Part shown: positions 12,345-22,589 of the stretch, piece after piece
Position numbering within the stretch: the stretch's first letter is position 1
How the letters are laid out: each line of letters begins with the position of its first letter
NCBI GenBank assembly: GCA_002269645.1
Contig: NIVC01000266.1
Span: 1-64,000, forward strand
DNA length: 64,000 nt
Reading direction: 5' to 3'
Source: Macrostomum lignano
Taxonomy: Eukaryota
Position numbers and translations under genes: made by a program
The notes under the pieces: model-generated
Told to the model about the DNA's origin: nothing
The model's input: the letters and a program-made list of their open reading frames with translations, nothing else
Database searches by the model: none

Positions 12345-12590
12345 CATTCACCCCACTCCACTATCAGCCAATCAGGAAACCCGTCCATCCACCCCACTCC
12401 ACTATCAGCCAATCAGGAAACCCGTCCATCCACCCCACTCCACTATCAGCCAATCAGGAAACCCGTCCATCCACCCCACTCCACTATCAGCCAATCAGGA
12501 AACCCGTCCATCCACCCTACTCCACTATCAGTCAATCAGCGAACCCGCCCATTCACCCCACTCCACTATCAGCCGACCCGGCCACCACAC
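12345..12590 (+). repeat. 41-bp tandem repeat (~6 copies) carrying AGCCAATCAG CCAAT boxes, directly upstream of TAM41
   Basis: Period 41 (12361/12402/12443). Unit CCACCCCACTCCACTATCAGCCAATCAGGAAACCCGTCCAT. Confidence 0.9.
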
Positions 12591-12620
12591 ATTTCACTCT
12601 TCCACTCTTCAGCGGCCCGA

Positions 12621-13811
12621 ATGAGCGAGCCGACGCTGCGGCTACTCCGGCGCATAGTCGGCTCTTTTCCTCAGCCAATGAGCGCCTGCTTCGCCTACGG
12701 CTCGGCGGTGTTTGAACAGTCTGGCCGGGTCCGCGGCAGCGGCATGCTAGACCTAGTGTTCGTGGTGCCGGACAGTCGAGCTTGGCACGAGGCCAACCTG
12801 GCCAGACACCGGTCGCACTATTCCGGCTTGGGCAGTCTGGGTGCTGGCGCGGTCGCCCGCATACAGGAGGGCCTCGGAGCCGGTGTTTATTTCAATACGC
12901 TGGTGCCCGCGGCCGAGGGCCGGACAGTGAAGTACGGCGTGGTCAGCGTCGACTCTCTGCTGGCCGATCTGACCGAGTGGCGCTGGCTGTACCTGGCCGG
13001 CCGGCTGCACAAGCCCGTTGCCTGGGTTGTTGAGCCGGACAGTACTGGCCAAGACTGTCCGAGATTATCTGAAGCTTTGGATGCCAACCGGACGGCGGCA
13101 CTCGCCGCGGGTCTGCTGACTTTGCTGCCGGACAGTCGGGTTGATCGACGACGCCTGCTGGCGGCCGTCTGCGGGCTCAGCTACGGTGGTGACGTTCGGA
13201 TGACCTTTGCTGAGGACTCCGGCAAGGTGCGATGGTTTTCTGGTTCAAATATTTTTGACACCTTTTCTTTGAAACGGGCAGTTATCTAAAAAATTGCCGT
13301 AGCAACTTTTGTGTAGAGTTTACCAGCTAGTAAATAAATCAATGGAGCGGAGTGATATGCTTTTTTCTTACTACTTGTTAGTTGTCGAACTCACGAAAAC
13401 AATTCTCAGGTCCAGAACATCGCCGTGCCGCAGGCGCCGCTGCTGACAGACATCTACCGTCCGCTGGCCGCTAAACGACTGCCTTTTCTTACCTGGCAGC
13501 AACAAGACTCCGCTGATTCCAACGATGACGTCATCACTTGGACGGCCGAACCCGACCAGCTGGCCGAGCTTATTGCCTGCCTGCCGGCTCCGCTGGCCTC
13601 GGAGCTCACTGCGCCACTGCAATCCGGCGCCAGCGCGCGTGACATCGCCAAAATTCTACGGAGTCGACTTCGTCGTATCGTGTCCAGGTCCAGCCTCGGC
13701 CAAACGGCGAAGAGCGCCGTCACAGCTGGTGTGCTCAAGTCCGTGCGCTACGGCGGCGCTAAGGTGGCCAAGTGGTTCGCCTCAGTTGCACCGTGGTTAA
13801 CAAAACGATAA
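12621..13811 (+). CDS. TAMM41: Mitochondrial phosphatidate cytidylyltransferase Tam41/Mmp37, 335 aa
   Basis: Exons 12621-13226 and 13410-13811, phase 0, 1008 nt. Family motifs FAYGSAVFEQ, MLDLVF, GVYFNTLV, KYGVVS, DLTEWRWLYLAGRLHKPV, LSYGGDVRM-AED-GKV-NI. Confidence 0.95.
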
Positions 13812-13844
13812 AAGTTGTCAGACATTTATACTTAACTATTATTT

Positions 13845-13965
13845 TACCCACCCCACTCCATTCTGCTCCAGCAGCCAATCAGATCGCCCCATGTAGCCAC
13901 CCCACTCCATTCTGCTCCGGCAGCCAATCAGATCGCCCCATATAGCCACCCCACTCCGTTCTACA
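13845..13965 (+). repeat. ~49-bp repeat (2.5 copies) related to the TAM41 upstream array
   Basis: Shares CCACCCCACTCCA and CAGCCAATCAG with 12345-12590, same orientation. Confidence 0.75.
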
Positions 13966-14629
13966 GATTTTACCGGTATATCTGCAAAAGCTCATTACAA
14001 ATTTTAGTTTTATTTACGTATTGTAATTTTTTAGTATAAAATGTTGATTGATGCATTTACTCGATTTAATAAAAGTATACGCTTTAGTATACAATAAAAA
14101 ATACAATACATTGACATTACAAAACTGCTGCAATTAAACTTATGATTTATGATTCGACAATTTGAAGAAACCGCGCATATACCACTCAATGAATAAGTAG
14201 TGCAGTTTGTTTCTACAGTAAAATGAAGAAGACGTGAGGTCTTTAACTGTTTTTTGGAATTTTTGGTATATAGGCGACGGATCGGATATATTCGTTGTAC
14301 AAAAATGGTAAAAAAAGTAAAAAATTAATATGAGCATCATTTGATCGGAAATAAATCTGACATGCTCTGCTTAACACACAAAAGTTGGAAGATATTAAAG
14401 ATATTGGAAGAACATATTTCTAAGGAAGGCACCGTATATATAAGTAATATTTTTAGTGGAAGCAATATTGGATAAAAATTCCATGTGTATAAATAAACCG
14501 AATGGATAATGTAACAGTTTTTAGCACCTACAAAATAAAAGTCTTTAAGTCTTTGCTCGTTGTCGCCGAATAAAATATAAAAAATCGAAAAAACAATCAA
14601 TTAAAAAAGTCCGAGCCAAAAACTTCCCG

Positions 14630-15183
14630 CTAGCCGACAAAAATCGCCGCCAATTCGCTGTTCAGCTTCAGGAGATTTCGCACCGATTTGAACTGCATCG
14701 CGTGACTCGCGCAGGATTCTGAAATTTGATTTTTTGCATTTATTATGCCGATTTTTCCTCTCGCTACTACTAACAGTAGAGTCTAAGAAATCGTCACTGG
14801 TAAAAAAGGCCTCAACTCACCAGCCGTGGCCGCCTCGGAGTTCACCGTGCTGGGGGCGGCGGCCATGACGGCGCGGCTTAACTCTGGCGTCATGCCTACC
14901 AGGCCGTGCAAAGCGGTTTCCATGGCGACAGCATCGATCAGGGAGTCGCCGTCGGATCTGCTTGACATGCGCTGTTAGGAATAGGAGTGTTGGTTTCTGC
15001 GTATCAGCTACGAGTCTGCAAGTGCAAATAGGCGGAATCCAAGCCTGGGGGATCCTCACCGTCATAGCGTCTCTCAGGATTGCTTCGGCACCGTCTGGGC
15101 AGCAAAGCAGAGCGGCTGCGATGTGCAGCCAGCGGGGGTCGATGCGGCCGCTGCCTGACTGGAACGGAGCGGGGATGACTGTC

Positions 15184-15240
<57 letters not shown>

Positions 15241-18028
15241 GCAGAACCGCACCCAGTCGAAGATGTCAAACACGAGTCGCATCCAGGACTCCAGCGGCCC
15301 GGGCAGGGCGGCCTCCGCTGCCAGCTCGTGCGGACACAGCAGCTTGGGCGGCCCAGGCGTCAGTCGGTTCAACAGCTGCACTGCCTGGTCGTACCCACCG
15401 TCTTTGTCTTCGCCGCAGTCATTCTGGTCGCCTGCAGACGCTGAGGCTGGTAGCAGGCGTCGGAACAGGCGACGCAGACCGCTCAGCGGGAAGCCGAGGT
15501 GGCGGAGGCCGCGACGGCGAGCCGCTTTGAACAGCAGGACGTCCGTGTAGGAATGGTCGCTCACTGGCAGGCCGGCGTGCCTGGAGATTCGTTATGAGAG
15601 AGGACAACAGCCAATCAGCGAGCGCGGAGGATGGGGTGGGCGTCGCGGGTTAAAAATGAGGGACTTCACTGAATATACTACTATTAAAGACGGCAAATGA
15701 GTACATCCAATGTCTTTAAAATTCTTTACCTAGCCAGGAGATCGCGGACATTGTTGGCGTAAAGCTGTGGATTGGCGCGCTCTTCAGCCGACGGATGATA
15801 CACAGGTAAGAACTGCAGCGGCAGGTTGATTGGGAATGAAGATTGGGGACAGGAAAGCCTCATTACAAAACGGGTTTCAAGTTTGGTTCAGGGTGGAATT
15901 CCAGGTGTGGGTTCAGGACCGGTTCTCAGGTGTGGGTTCAGGACCGGTTCTCAGGTGTGGGTTCAGGACCGGTTCTCAGGTGTGGGTTCAGGACCGGTTC
16001 TCAGGTGTGGGTTCAGGACCGGTTCTCAGGTGTGGGTTCAGGACCGGTTCTCAGGTGTGGGTTCAGGACCGGTTCTCAGGTGTGGGTTCAGGACCGGTTC
16101 TCAGGTGTGGGTTCAGGACCGGTTCTCAGGTGTGGGTTCAGGACCGGTTCTCAGGTGTGGGTTCAGGACCGGTTCTCAGGTGTGGGTTTATGAACATTTA
16201 GTATTAAGCTATTAAGATTAAGCTACCTGCACTGTTGCGAATTACTGTGTCTATACCGGTACAAACCTCAACGTGCAGCTCAGAGTAGACCCGAGAGCCG
16301 CACCTGAAGATCATATGGAACCTGCAAATGACGGGATATGATATCATTTTAATTGGGATATGATGGCTTACGATGGGATAAATATCCCCCCCCGATCTAC
16401 TACTCACATGGAGGGCCCGTCAACAGCCCAGCACTGCAGCTGCAGGGGATCCCGATGCCGCACCAGCACCGGCTGCACCGGGACGCCGGGAGCGAAGGCG
16501 CCCAGACGGAAGCCGATCAGCGCCCCGCCATTGGTGCACGTGCCTTCGGGGAAGACCAGCAGCTGGCGGAAGCCTCCGCCATTCAGGCAGCTGCGCGCCC
16601 TGTCTACAATTTCCTCGGCCGCTTTGGCGCGCATCCGGCGATTGTCCCGGTACACCACCACCGCCTCGCCTGCTGGCACCATCACTGCGGGACAGGGCAA
16701 GTGGGGGCTGTGTACTGCCGGCTATTGGGGGCTGTGAACTGCCGGGTATTGGGGGCTGTGAACTGCCGGATATTGGGCTTTGAACTGCTGGCTATTGGGG
16801 GCTGTGAACTGCCGGGTATTGGGCTGTGAACTGCCAGGTATTGGGGACTGTGAACTGCCGGCTATTGGGGGCTGTGAACTGCCGGCTATTGGGGGCTGTG
16901 AACTGCCGGCTATTGGGGGCTGTGAACTGCCGGCTATTGGGGGCTGTGAACTGCCGGCTATTGGGGGCTGTGAACTGCCGGCTATTGGGGGCTGTGAACT
17001 GCCGGCTATTGGGGCTGTGAACTGCCAGGTATTGGGGACTGTGAACTGCCGGCTATTGGGGGCTGTGAACTGCCTGGAGGTGTTGTTGAAAGACCCTATT
17101 TAAGACTGTTTACAGTGACTAATAGGGACGTGCTTGCAAAAACTATTAATAAGCACACCATTATAAAAGAAATTCTTCGGCGCCTTGGTCACCGGAGCGA
17201 GCATCGGGCGCTGGCAGAAGAACACCACCGTGTCAGTCAGAGAGGTGTGCGGCGCCGCCACCAGCAGAGGCGCCTCGCGGACACTGGCGCGCCGGCCTTT
17301 CAGGTGAATTCGCTGGTAGCCGCCCACGAACGCCCCATGCGGCCGATGTTGAGCAGCAGGTGATCCGCCACCCAGCTGGATATTGGGGTGTAAAGGTACT
17401 CTTTTTTCCTGTAGGTAGCAGCCTTTGCAATGTGCATTTTTATGCAAAGCTGTGCAAAGCTCCAGCGACCTCCCCAATGTACACTGCATTCCCGACCAAC
17501 CCCGCTTCCCAATGTACATTCCACTCCAAACCAACCCCACCTCCCGAATGTACACTCCACTCCCGACCAACCCCACCTCCCCAATGTACACTCCACTCCA
17601 GACCAACCCCACCTCCTCAATGTACACTCCATGTAACAGGTAGGATTTTGTGTCCATCCTGCCTGCACCTTCTGCTCACGTCGGATAACAAAGAATTGAA
17701 CTCGAAGCACGGTTTTTCTGGGCCCAGGCTGCTGCGGCCACCCCCAAAAACCTCACCTCCGCCAAGGAGACAGAGGCGCGGTGGCTTTGCCCCCAATCTG
17801 GGTGACAAAAGACACCAGGAAAGCCAAGGCCAGCGACAGGATCAGCAGAAGCAGCCGCACGGGGAACAGCAGCAAGCCGAGCAGGGGCACAGTCAGATAG
17901 TGGTACCAGAAGAAGCCCGCCCGATGGTAAAACGGATTGAACGGCCGAGGCGGCAGAGGCAGCGAGCAGACGCAGGTGTCGGCCGTGTCTGCCGTGACGG
18001 CCGAGTCACCGCTGGACGACGGCTGCCC
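14630..18028 (-). CDS. LPCAT: Lysophosphatidylcholine acyltransferase LPCAT1/2-like with degenerate EF-hand C-terminus, ~524 aa; one apparent 1-nt frameshift; no genomic ATG in the first exon
   Basis: Exons 18028-17757, 17375-17159, 16684-16408, 16321-16267, 15812-15730, 15580-15253, 15158-15060, 14971-14821, 14718-14630; all GT-AG. Phases are consistent after adding one base in the C4 run at 17333-17336. Motifs [17 protein letters not shown] (HxxxxD), [52 protein letters not shown]. Confidence 0.92.
15180..15243. repeat. (GACA)n in an LPCAT intron
   Basis: Directly visible. Confidence 0.95.
15898..16190. repeat. 25-bp minisatellite AGGTGTGGGTTCAGGACCGGTTCTC (~11 copies) in an LPCAT intron
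   Basis: Near-perfect tandem copies. Confidence 0.95.
16703..17075. repeat. 24-bp minisatellite GCTATTGGGGGCTGTGAACTGCCG in LPCAT intron 2
   Basis: Tandem copies directly visible. Confidence 0.95.
17469..17631 (+). repeat. 36-bp minisatellite GACCAACCCCACCTCCCCAATGTACACTCCACTCCA in LPCAT intron 1
   Basis: About 4.5 copies. Confidence 0.93.
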
Positions 18029-18171
18029 CTGAAAGACGGCGGCGGCGGCGTCAACAGAGATTGTTGCGGCTGATGCGAGTAGTCTAGCACGATTATTCTC
18101 TAACAATATTTTAAATCGATTTTGTCTGGTCCAGTACTGCAGCTTTTTACATTAGAATGAGGGTTATTTAT

Positions 18172-18740
18172 GAGTGGAATTTACATTGGGGAGGTAGGGT
18201 TGGTAGGGAATGGAGTGTACATTGGGGAGGTGGGGTTGGTCTGGAGTGGAGTGTACATTGGGGAGGTGGGGTTGGTCTGGAGTGGAGTGTACATTGGGGA
18301 GTAGGGTTGGTCTGGAGTGGAGTGTACATTGGGGAGTAGGGTTGGTCGGGAGTGGAGTGTACATTGGAGAGGTGGATTTGGTCTGGAGTGGAGTGTACAT
18401 TATATTAGGGAGGTGGGGTTGGTCGGGAATGGAGTGTACATTGGGGAGGTGGGGTTGGTCTGGAGTGGAGTGTACATTGGGGAGTAGGGTTGGTCGGGAG
18501 TGGAGTGTACATTGGAGAGGTGGATTTGGTCTGGAGTGGAGTGTACATTATATTAGGGAGGTGGGGTTGGTCGGGAATGGAGTGTACATTGGGGAGGTGA
18601 GTTCGTCGGGAGCGAGTGTACATTGGGGGTGGGGTTGGTCGGGAGTGGAGTGTACATTGGGAAGGTGGATTTGGTCTGGAGTGGAGTGTACATTGGGGAG
18701 TGGGGTTGGTCAGGAGTGGAGTGTACATTGGAGAGGTGGG
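18172..18740 (-). repeat. Same 36-bp minisatellite in inverted orientation, upstream of LPCAT exon 1
   Basis: Unit TGGAGTGGAGTGTACATTGGGGAGGTGGGGTTGGTC is the reverse complement of the 17469-17631 unit; about 16 copies. Confidence 0.93.
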
Positions 18741-19251
18741 GTGATAATTTCAATTGACTACTAAAGTAATATCTGTAGTCTGAATTGCTGAAACAATCGG
18801 TGAAATATGGTAATATTTATCAATCATAAAATGATGTAGCCTTTGGTTATAGAGGCTACATTAATATCCGCAGTTATCCTGTATATTTGCAAAGAAAACG
18901 TCAGCATTGCAACACGCAATTTTCAGGTTGCATTATTACTGTCGCCTTAGGATAAAAAAGAAGTGAACAAAAGTTACGCACAGGTAAATTCAGATTAAGT
19001 GCCAGCGGAGTGTTTAAGATAGAATAAATTCAGACGAATAACGAAAGAAAATACAAAAAGGTTTTTATAAATAAAATTAAGGCATTTGTATCAGCGCTGG
19101 ATAGCACCACAGATAATATAGAATGACTATGATAATATAGGTTTATGCATTAGCCGTGATTTAGCTTAAATTTTTGTTTTAACTTGCCAATTCTTAAATA
19201 GTCGGGAATTGCTAAACTGAAGTTCAAATAGAAAAAACAATTTCGGGACAC

Positions 19252-19278
19252 ACAAGAGGTCCCGGGTTCGAACTCGGA
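19252..19278 (+). other. Isolated tRNA T-arm / Pol III B-box-like fragment
   Basis: GAGGTCCCGGGTTCGAACTCGG; no convincing A box or cloverleaf. Confidence 0.25.
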
Positions 19279-19454
19279 AAATTAATTCAGGGTTTATTGC
19301 ATAATAGAAAATCTACGCATCAATACATAGAGGTGCTGCATTGCAATCTGGAAAATATATAAAAAAATTACAGGTAAGCACACAAACTGTGCTGCTACTC
19401 TACAGTATCTGGCACACTTGGCCAGATTACACAATCCTATCTATCCAGTGAGAT

Positions 19455-20010
19455 AGGGCCGGATTCTCAGGTGTTGGGGTTCAGTGCCGGATTCTCAGGT
19501 GTTGGGGTTCAGGGCCGGATTCTCAGGTGTTGGGGTTCAGTGCCGGATTCTCAAGTGTTGGGGTTCAGTGCCGGATTCTCAGGTGTTGGGGTTCAGGGTC
19601 AGAATCTTCAGGTGCTAGGGTTCAGGTTTTAGTTCAGGGTCAGATCCTCAGATGTTGGGGTTCAGAGTCAAATTCCTCAGGTGCTAGGGTTCAGGGTCAG
19701 ATTCTCAGGTGCTAGGGTTCAGGTTTTAGTTCAGGGTCGGATTCCTCAGGTGCTTGGGTTCAGGTTTTAGTTCAGGTCGGATTCCTCAGGTGTTGGGGTT
19801 CAGGGTCAGAATCCTCAGGTGCTAGGGTTCAGGTTTTAGTTCAGGTCGGATTCCTCAGGTGCTAGGGTTCAGGTTTTAGTTCAGGTCGGATTCCTCAGGT
19901 GCTAGGGTTCAGGTTTTAGTTCAGGTCGGATTCCTCAGGTGCTAGGGTTCAGGGTCAGAATCCTCAGGTGCTAGGGTTCAGGTTTAGTTCAGGTTCGGAT
20001 TCTCTGGTTT
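19455..20010. repeat. Composite ~28-38-bp minisatellite (GGATTCTCAGGTGTTGGGGTTCAG / GCTAGGGTTCAGGTTTTAGTTCAGG)
   Basis: Tandem copies. The CTCAGGTG..GGGTTCAG core is shared with 15898-16190. Confidence 0.9.
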
Positions 20011-20108
20011 CAGTTTTTCAGCTTTGATACGCGGAACAAGTGTCAGACGATGTTAACTCAATAAAAATTCAAATATTCAAACAAATATCAGTGTAACTGT
20101 CCCAGAGC

Positions 20109-22491
20109 TCAGACCAGGTAGACAGTATCTATGCAGGAGAAGCCCGTGGCAACTCCGCCCTCGTCCGTAAACGCTGATTTCGTTCTCAACACGTGACCAG
20201 CCGAGCAGTTCAATCGCTCAGAGTTGTTCTTAGCCACCAGAGCGCCGTAGATGCCCAGCTCGGAGATCGCAGACACGCACAGCGGCATCTCCGGCCGGCG
20301 GGACAGCCGCTGATCGGCTTTGAGCATCAGCGACACCTGCTGCTGAGGCCGGATGCGCCGCATCAGGATGTACGCGGCCGACTGTCGGGTTGTCAGGCGG
20401 CTGGCGAAGTCCACCACGTCGCGGCCGTAGATATTGTTGCCGCCGCCTTCTCGCTGCGGCTTCAGTACGAAGTCTTCGGGGTCGGCCAGCAGCCAGCGGT
20501 GCGCTCTGCGGGCATCGAATGAAATGGATGCTGTGCGGAGGAATATGCAGCAGAATTAGCTGCAGCTCAAACCGAAACTGAAACCGAAACGATGATCCAA
20601 ATTAAAATCAAAGATAGAAACGAAACCGAAACCGAATCTGAAACTAAAGCCAAAACCAAAACTCAAACTACATGTAAACCGGAAACCGAAACTAAAACTA
20701 AATCTGAAACCCGAAACTGAAACTAAACCCAAAACTGAAACTGAAAAATAACACGATATACCGAAACTCAAAATAAACCAAAAACCGAAACCGAAGCTAA
20801 ATTCAAAAACTGAAAACTGAACCCAAAACCTAAAAACTAAAACCTAAAACCTGAGCTCACCTCGAGTCGCTCAGCACGCATTGATCAACAAACGTGGCCT
20901 CAACTTTGGCGCTCTTCCCCGGCAGATAGCGCGCCACGGCGCCGGGTTCGCAGAGCGCCGCCTGTACAGCCTTGGTGTTGGCCAGCATGTAGGCCAGGCT
21001 CGGACACTTGATGGCCCGCGATCGCTCCATCAGCAGCTTGGCGCTCCAGGCCACGCCGGCCGGGTCGGAGAAGTGATCGGGCGAGTAGCCGTGCCGGTAG
21101 TACACAATGGCCACCTCCTGGTCAGCCAGGTACAGCCGGCCGGAGCTCTCCTCCAGTCGGGCCGAGCTGGCAATCTGGTCGAAGCTCCGACGCAGAATCT
21201 GCGGCACGTGAACTGGCGAATCTGACGACGCGTCGGCGGCATAGATTTCGGCTTCCAGTGTTCGCTGGTCGAAAATATTTCGCTCGTCTGGCGACACTAC
21301 GAACAGGATGGCGGCTTCCGGCCGGCCGTACAGCTTGAAGGCCTGGATGAAGGCTTCGCCGAAGGTCTCGGCTGGCCGGTTGTCGGGCAACCGGTGGGCC
21401 AGCTGGCGCTCGCTGACACCGGCGGCCGACATCACCTGGCGGTGCACAGTCGACAGGCGCTGGGCCAGGCCGCCGAAGCTGGATGCCATCAGGTTGATTT
21501 CCACCTGCGATTGTTTTGAAAGGAGAGATGCCAGATCCATTGCTTCCAAATTCAAAATCTCACCCTGCAGACTTTCTGAGATTCAAAATCTCACCTTTAA
21601 GAGATATTTGGAGCTTCAAAGTCTGATCTTGAAGATTTTCTGGGCTTCAAAGTCTGACCTTGAAGATTTTCTGGGCTTCAAAGTCTGACCTTGAAGATTT
21701 TCTGGGCTTCAAAGTCTGACCTTGAAGATTTTCTGGGCTTCAAAGTCTGACCTTGAAGATTTTCTGGGCTTCAAAGTCTGACCTTGAAGATTTTCTAGGC
21801 TTCAAAGTCTGACCTTGAAGATTTTCTAGGCTTCAAAGTCTGACCTTGAAGATTTTCTGGGCTTCAAAGTCTGACCTTGAAGATTTTCTGGGCTTCAAAG
21901 TCTGACCTTGAAGATTTTTAGAGCTTTAAAATATTTTCCTGGAGCCACCAGAAAATGCCACAATAGGTAAAAACTGCAGAGTTACATTATCCCAAATATT
22001 TTAATTCCTACAGACTTTGTATGCCAATGCAACCCCAACCCCCTCAACCACCCTCGCACCTGTTTAAGCCCGGCCTCTTCATCCAGCATATAGTCGGCTC
22101 GATTCAAAGCCAAAGTGATTGGCTGGTCAGCGCCAGACTGCCGGACAGTTTGGTACATGTCCCACAGGGCGGACAGGAACGAGTCCGACTCGGCCGCAGG
22201 TGGGATCACCCGGCACAGGAAGTTGTGATCCCGGGACACCCGGTGGTACAGCGAGTTGAACAGGGCCTGCAGCTCAACTGCTTGGTTGAACGCCTCCTTG
22301 GAGAAGGAGGACGGCACCAGGGTGATTGGCGCCATCATGCAGCGGTCGGGGGCGGCGGAACCAGACGAAGAGGATGCCGGATTGTCTTTTAGTAGCAGGC
22401 CGTTCATGCAGGCCAGGTCTCTGGCCAGACTGGACAGGCGGGCCTGCTGGCTTCCCGTCAGCCCGCTAGAAGGGTTGCGCCTGTGCTGCTG
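20109..22491 (-). CDS. GSS: Eukaryotic glutathione synthetase, ~491 aa; conserved N-terminus extends upstream of the first genomic ATG (22407)
   Basis: Exons 22491-22060, 21504-20861, 20505-20109; phases 0/2; 1473 nt. Motifs MAPITLVPS, LNRADYM, KQVEINLMASSFGGL, ERNIFDQ, VYYRHGYSP, SRAIKCP, FVLKPQREGGGNNIYG, AYILMRRIRP, ISELGIYG, GHVLRTK, EGGVATGF. Confidence 0.96.
20570..20853. repeat. Degenerate AAAC(C/T)(G/A)-type low-complexity repeat filling GSS intron 2
   Basis: Iterations of AAACCGAAACT and AAAACCT. Confidence 0.85.
21590..21925. repeat. 31-bp minisatellite CCTTGAAGATTTTCTGGGCTTCAAAGTCTGA in GSS intron 1
   Basis: Period 31 (21661/21692). Confidence 0.95.
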
Positions 22492-22589
22492 CTGCGGGCG
22501 GGCGAATGAGTTTTAGTTGCTATGGAGACGGCTGGGATGGCAAGGCGGGTAGGGTAGCGACCATAGAATTCTTGGGAGAGTGAGAAGAC

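Noticed and set aside
12252-12620. N-terminal extension of the 345-aa ORF upstream of TAM41
   Set aside because: It is the 41-bp CCAAT repeat; family similarity starts at ATG 12621.
14783-15564. ORFs at 14783-15564 as a separate gene
   Set aside because: They splice in phase onto LPCAT and match its EF-hand-like C-terminus.
19600-19990. Telomere-like TAGGGTT motifs
   Set aside because: Part of a longer minisatellite unit; no (TTAGGG)n tandem run.
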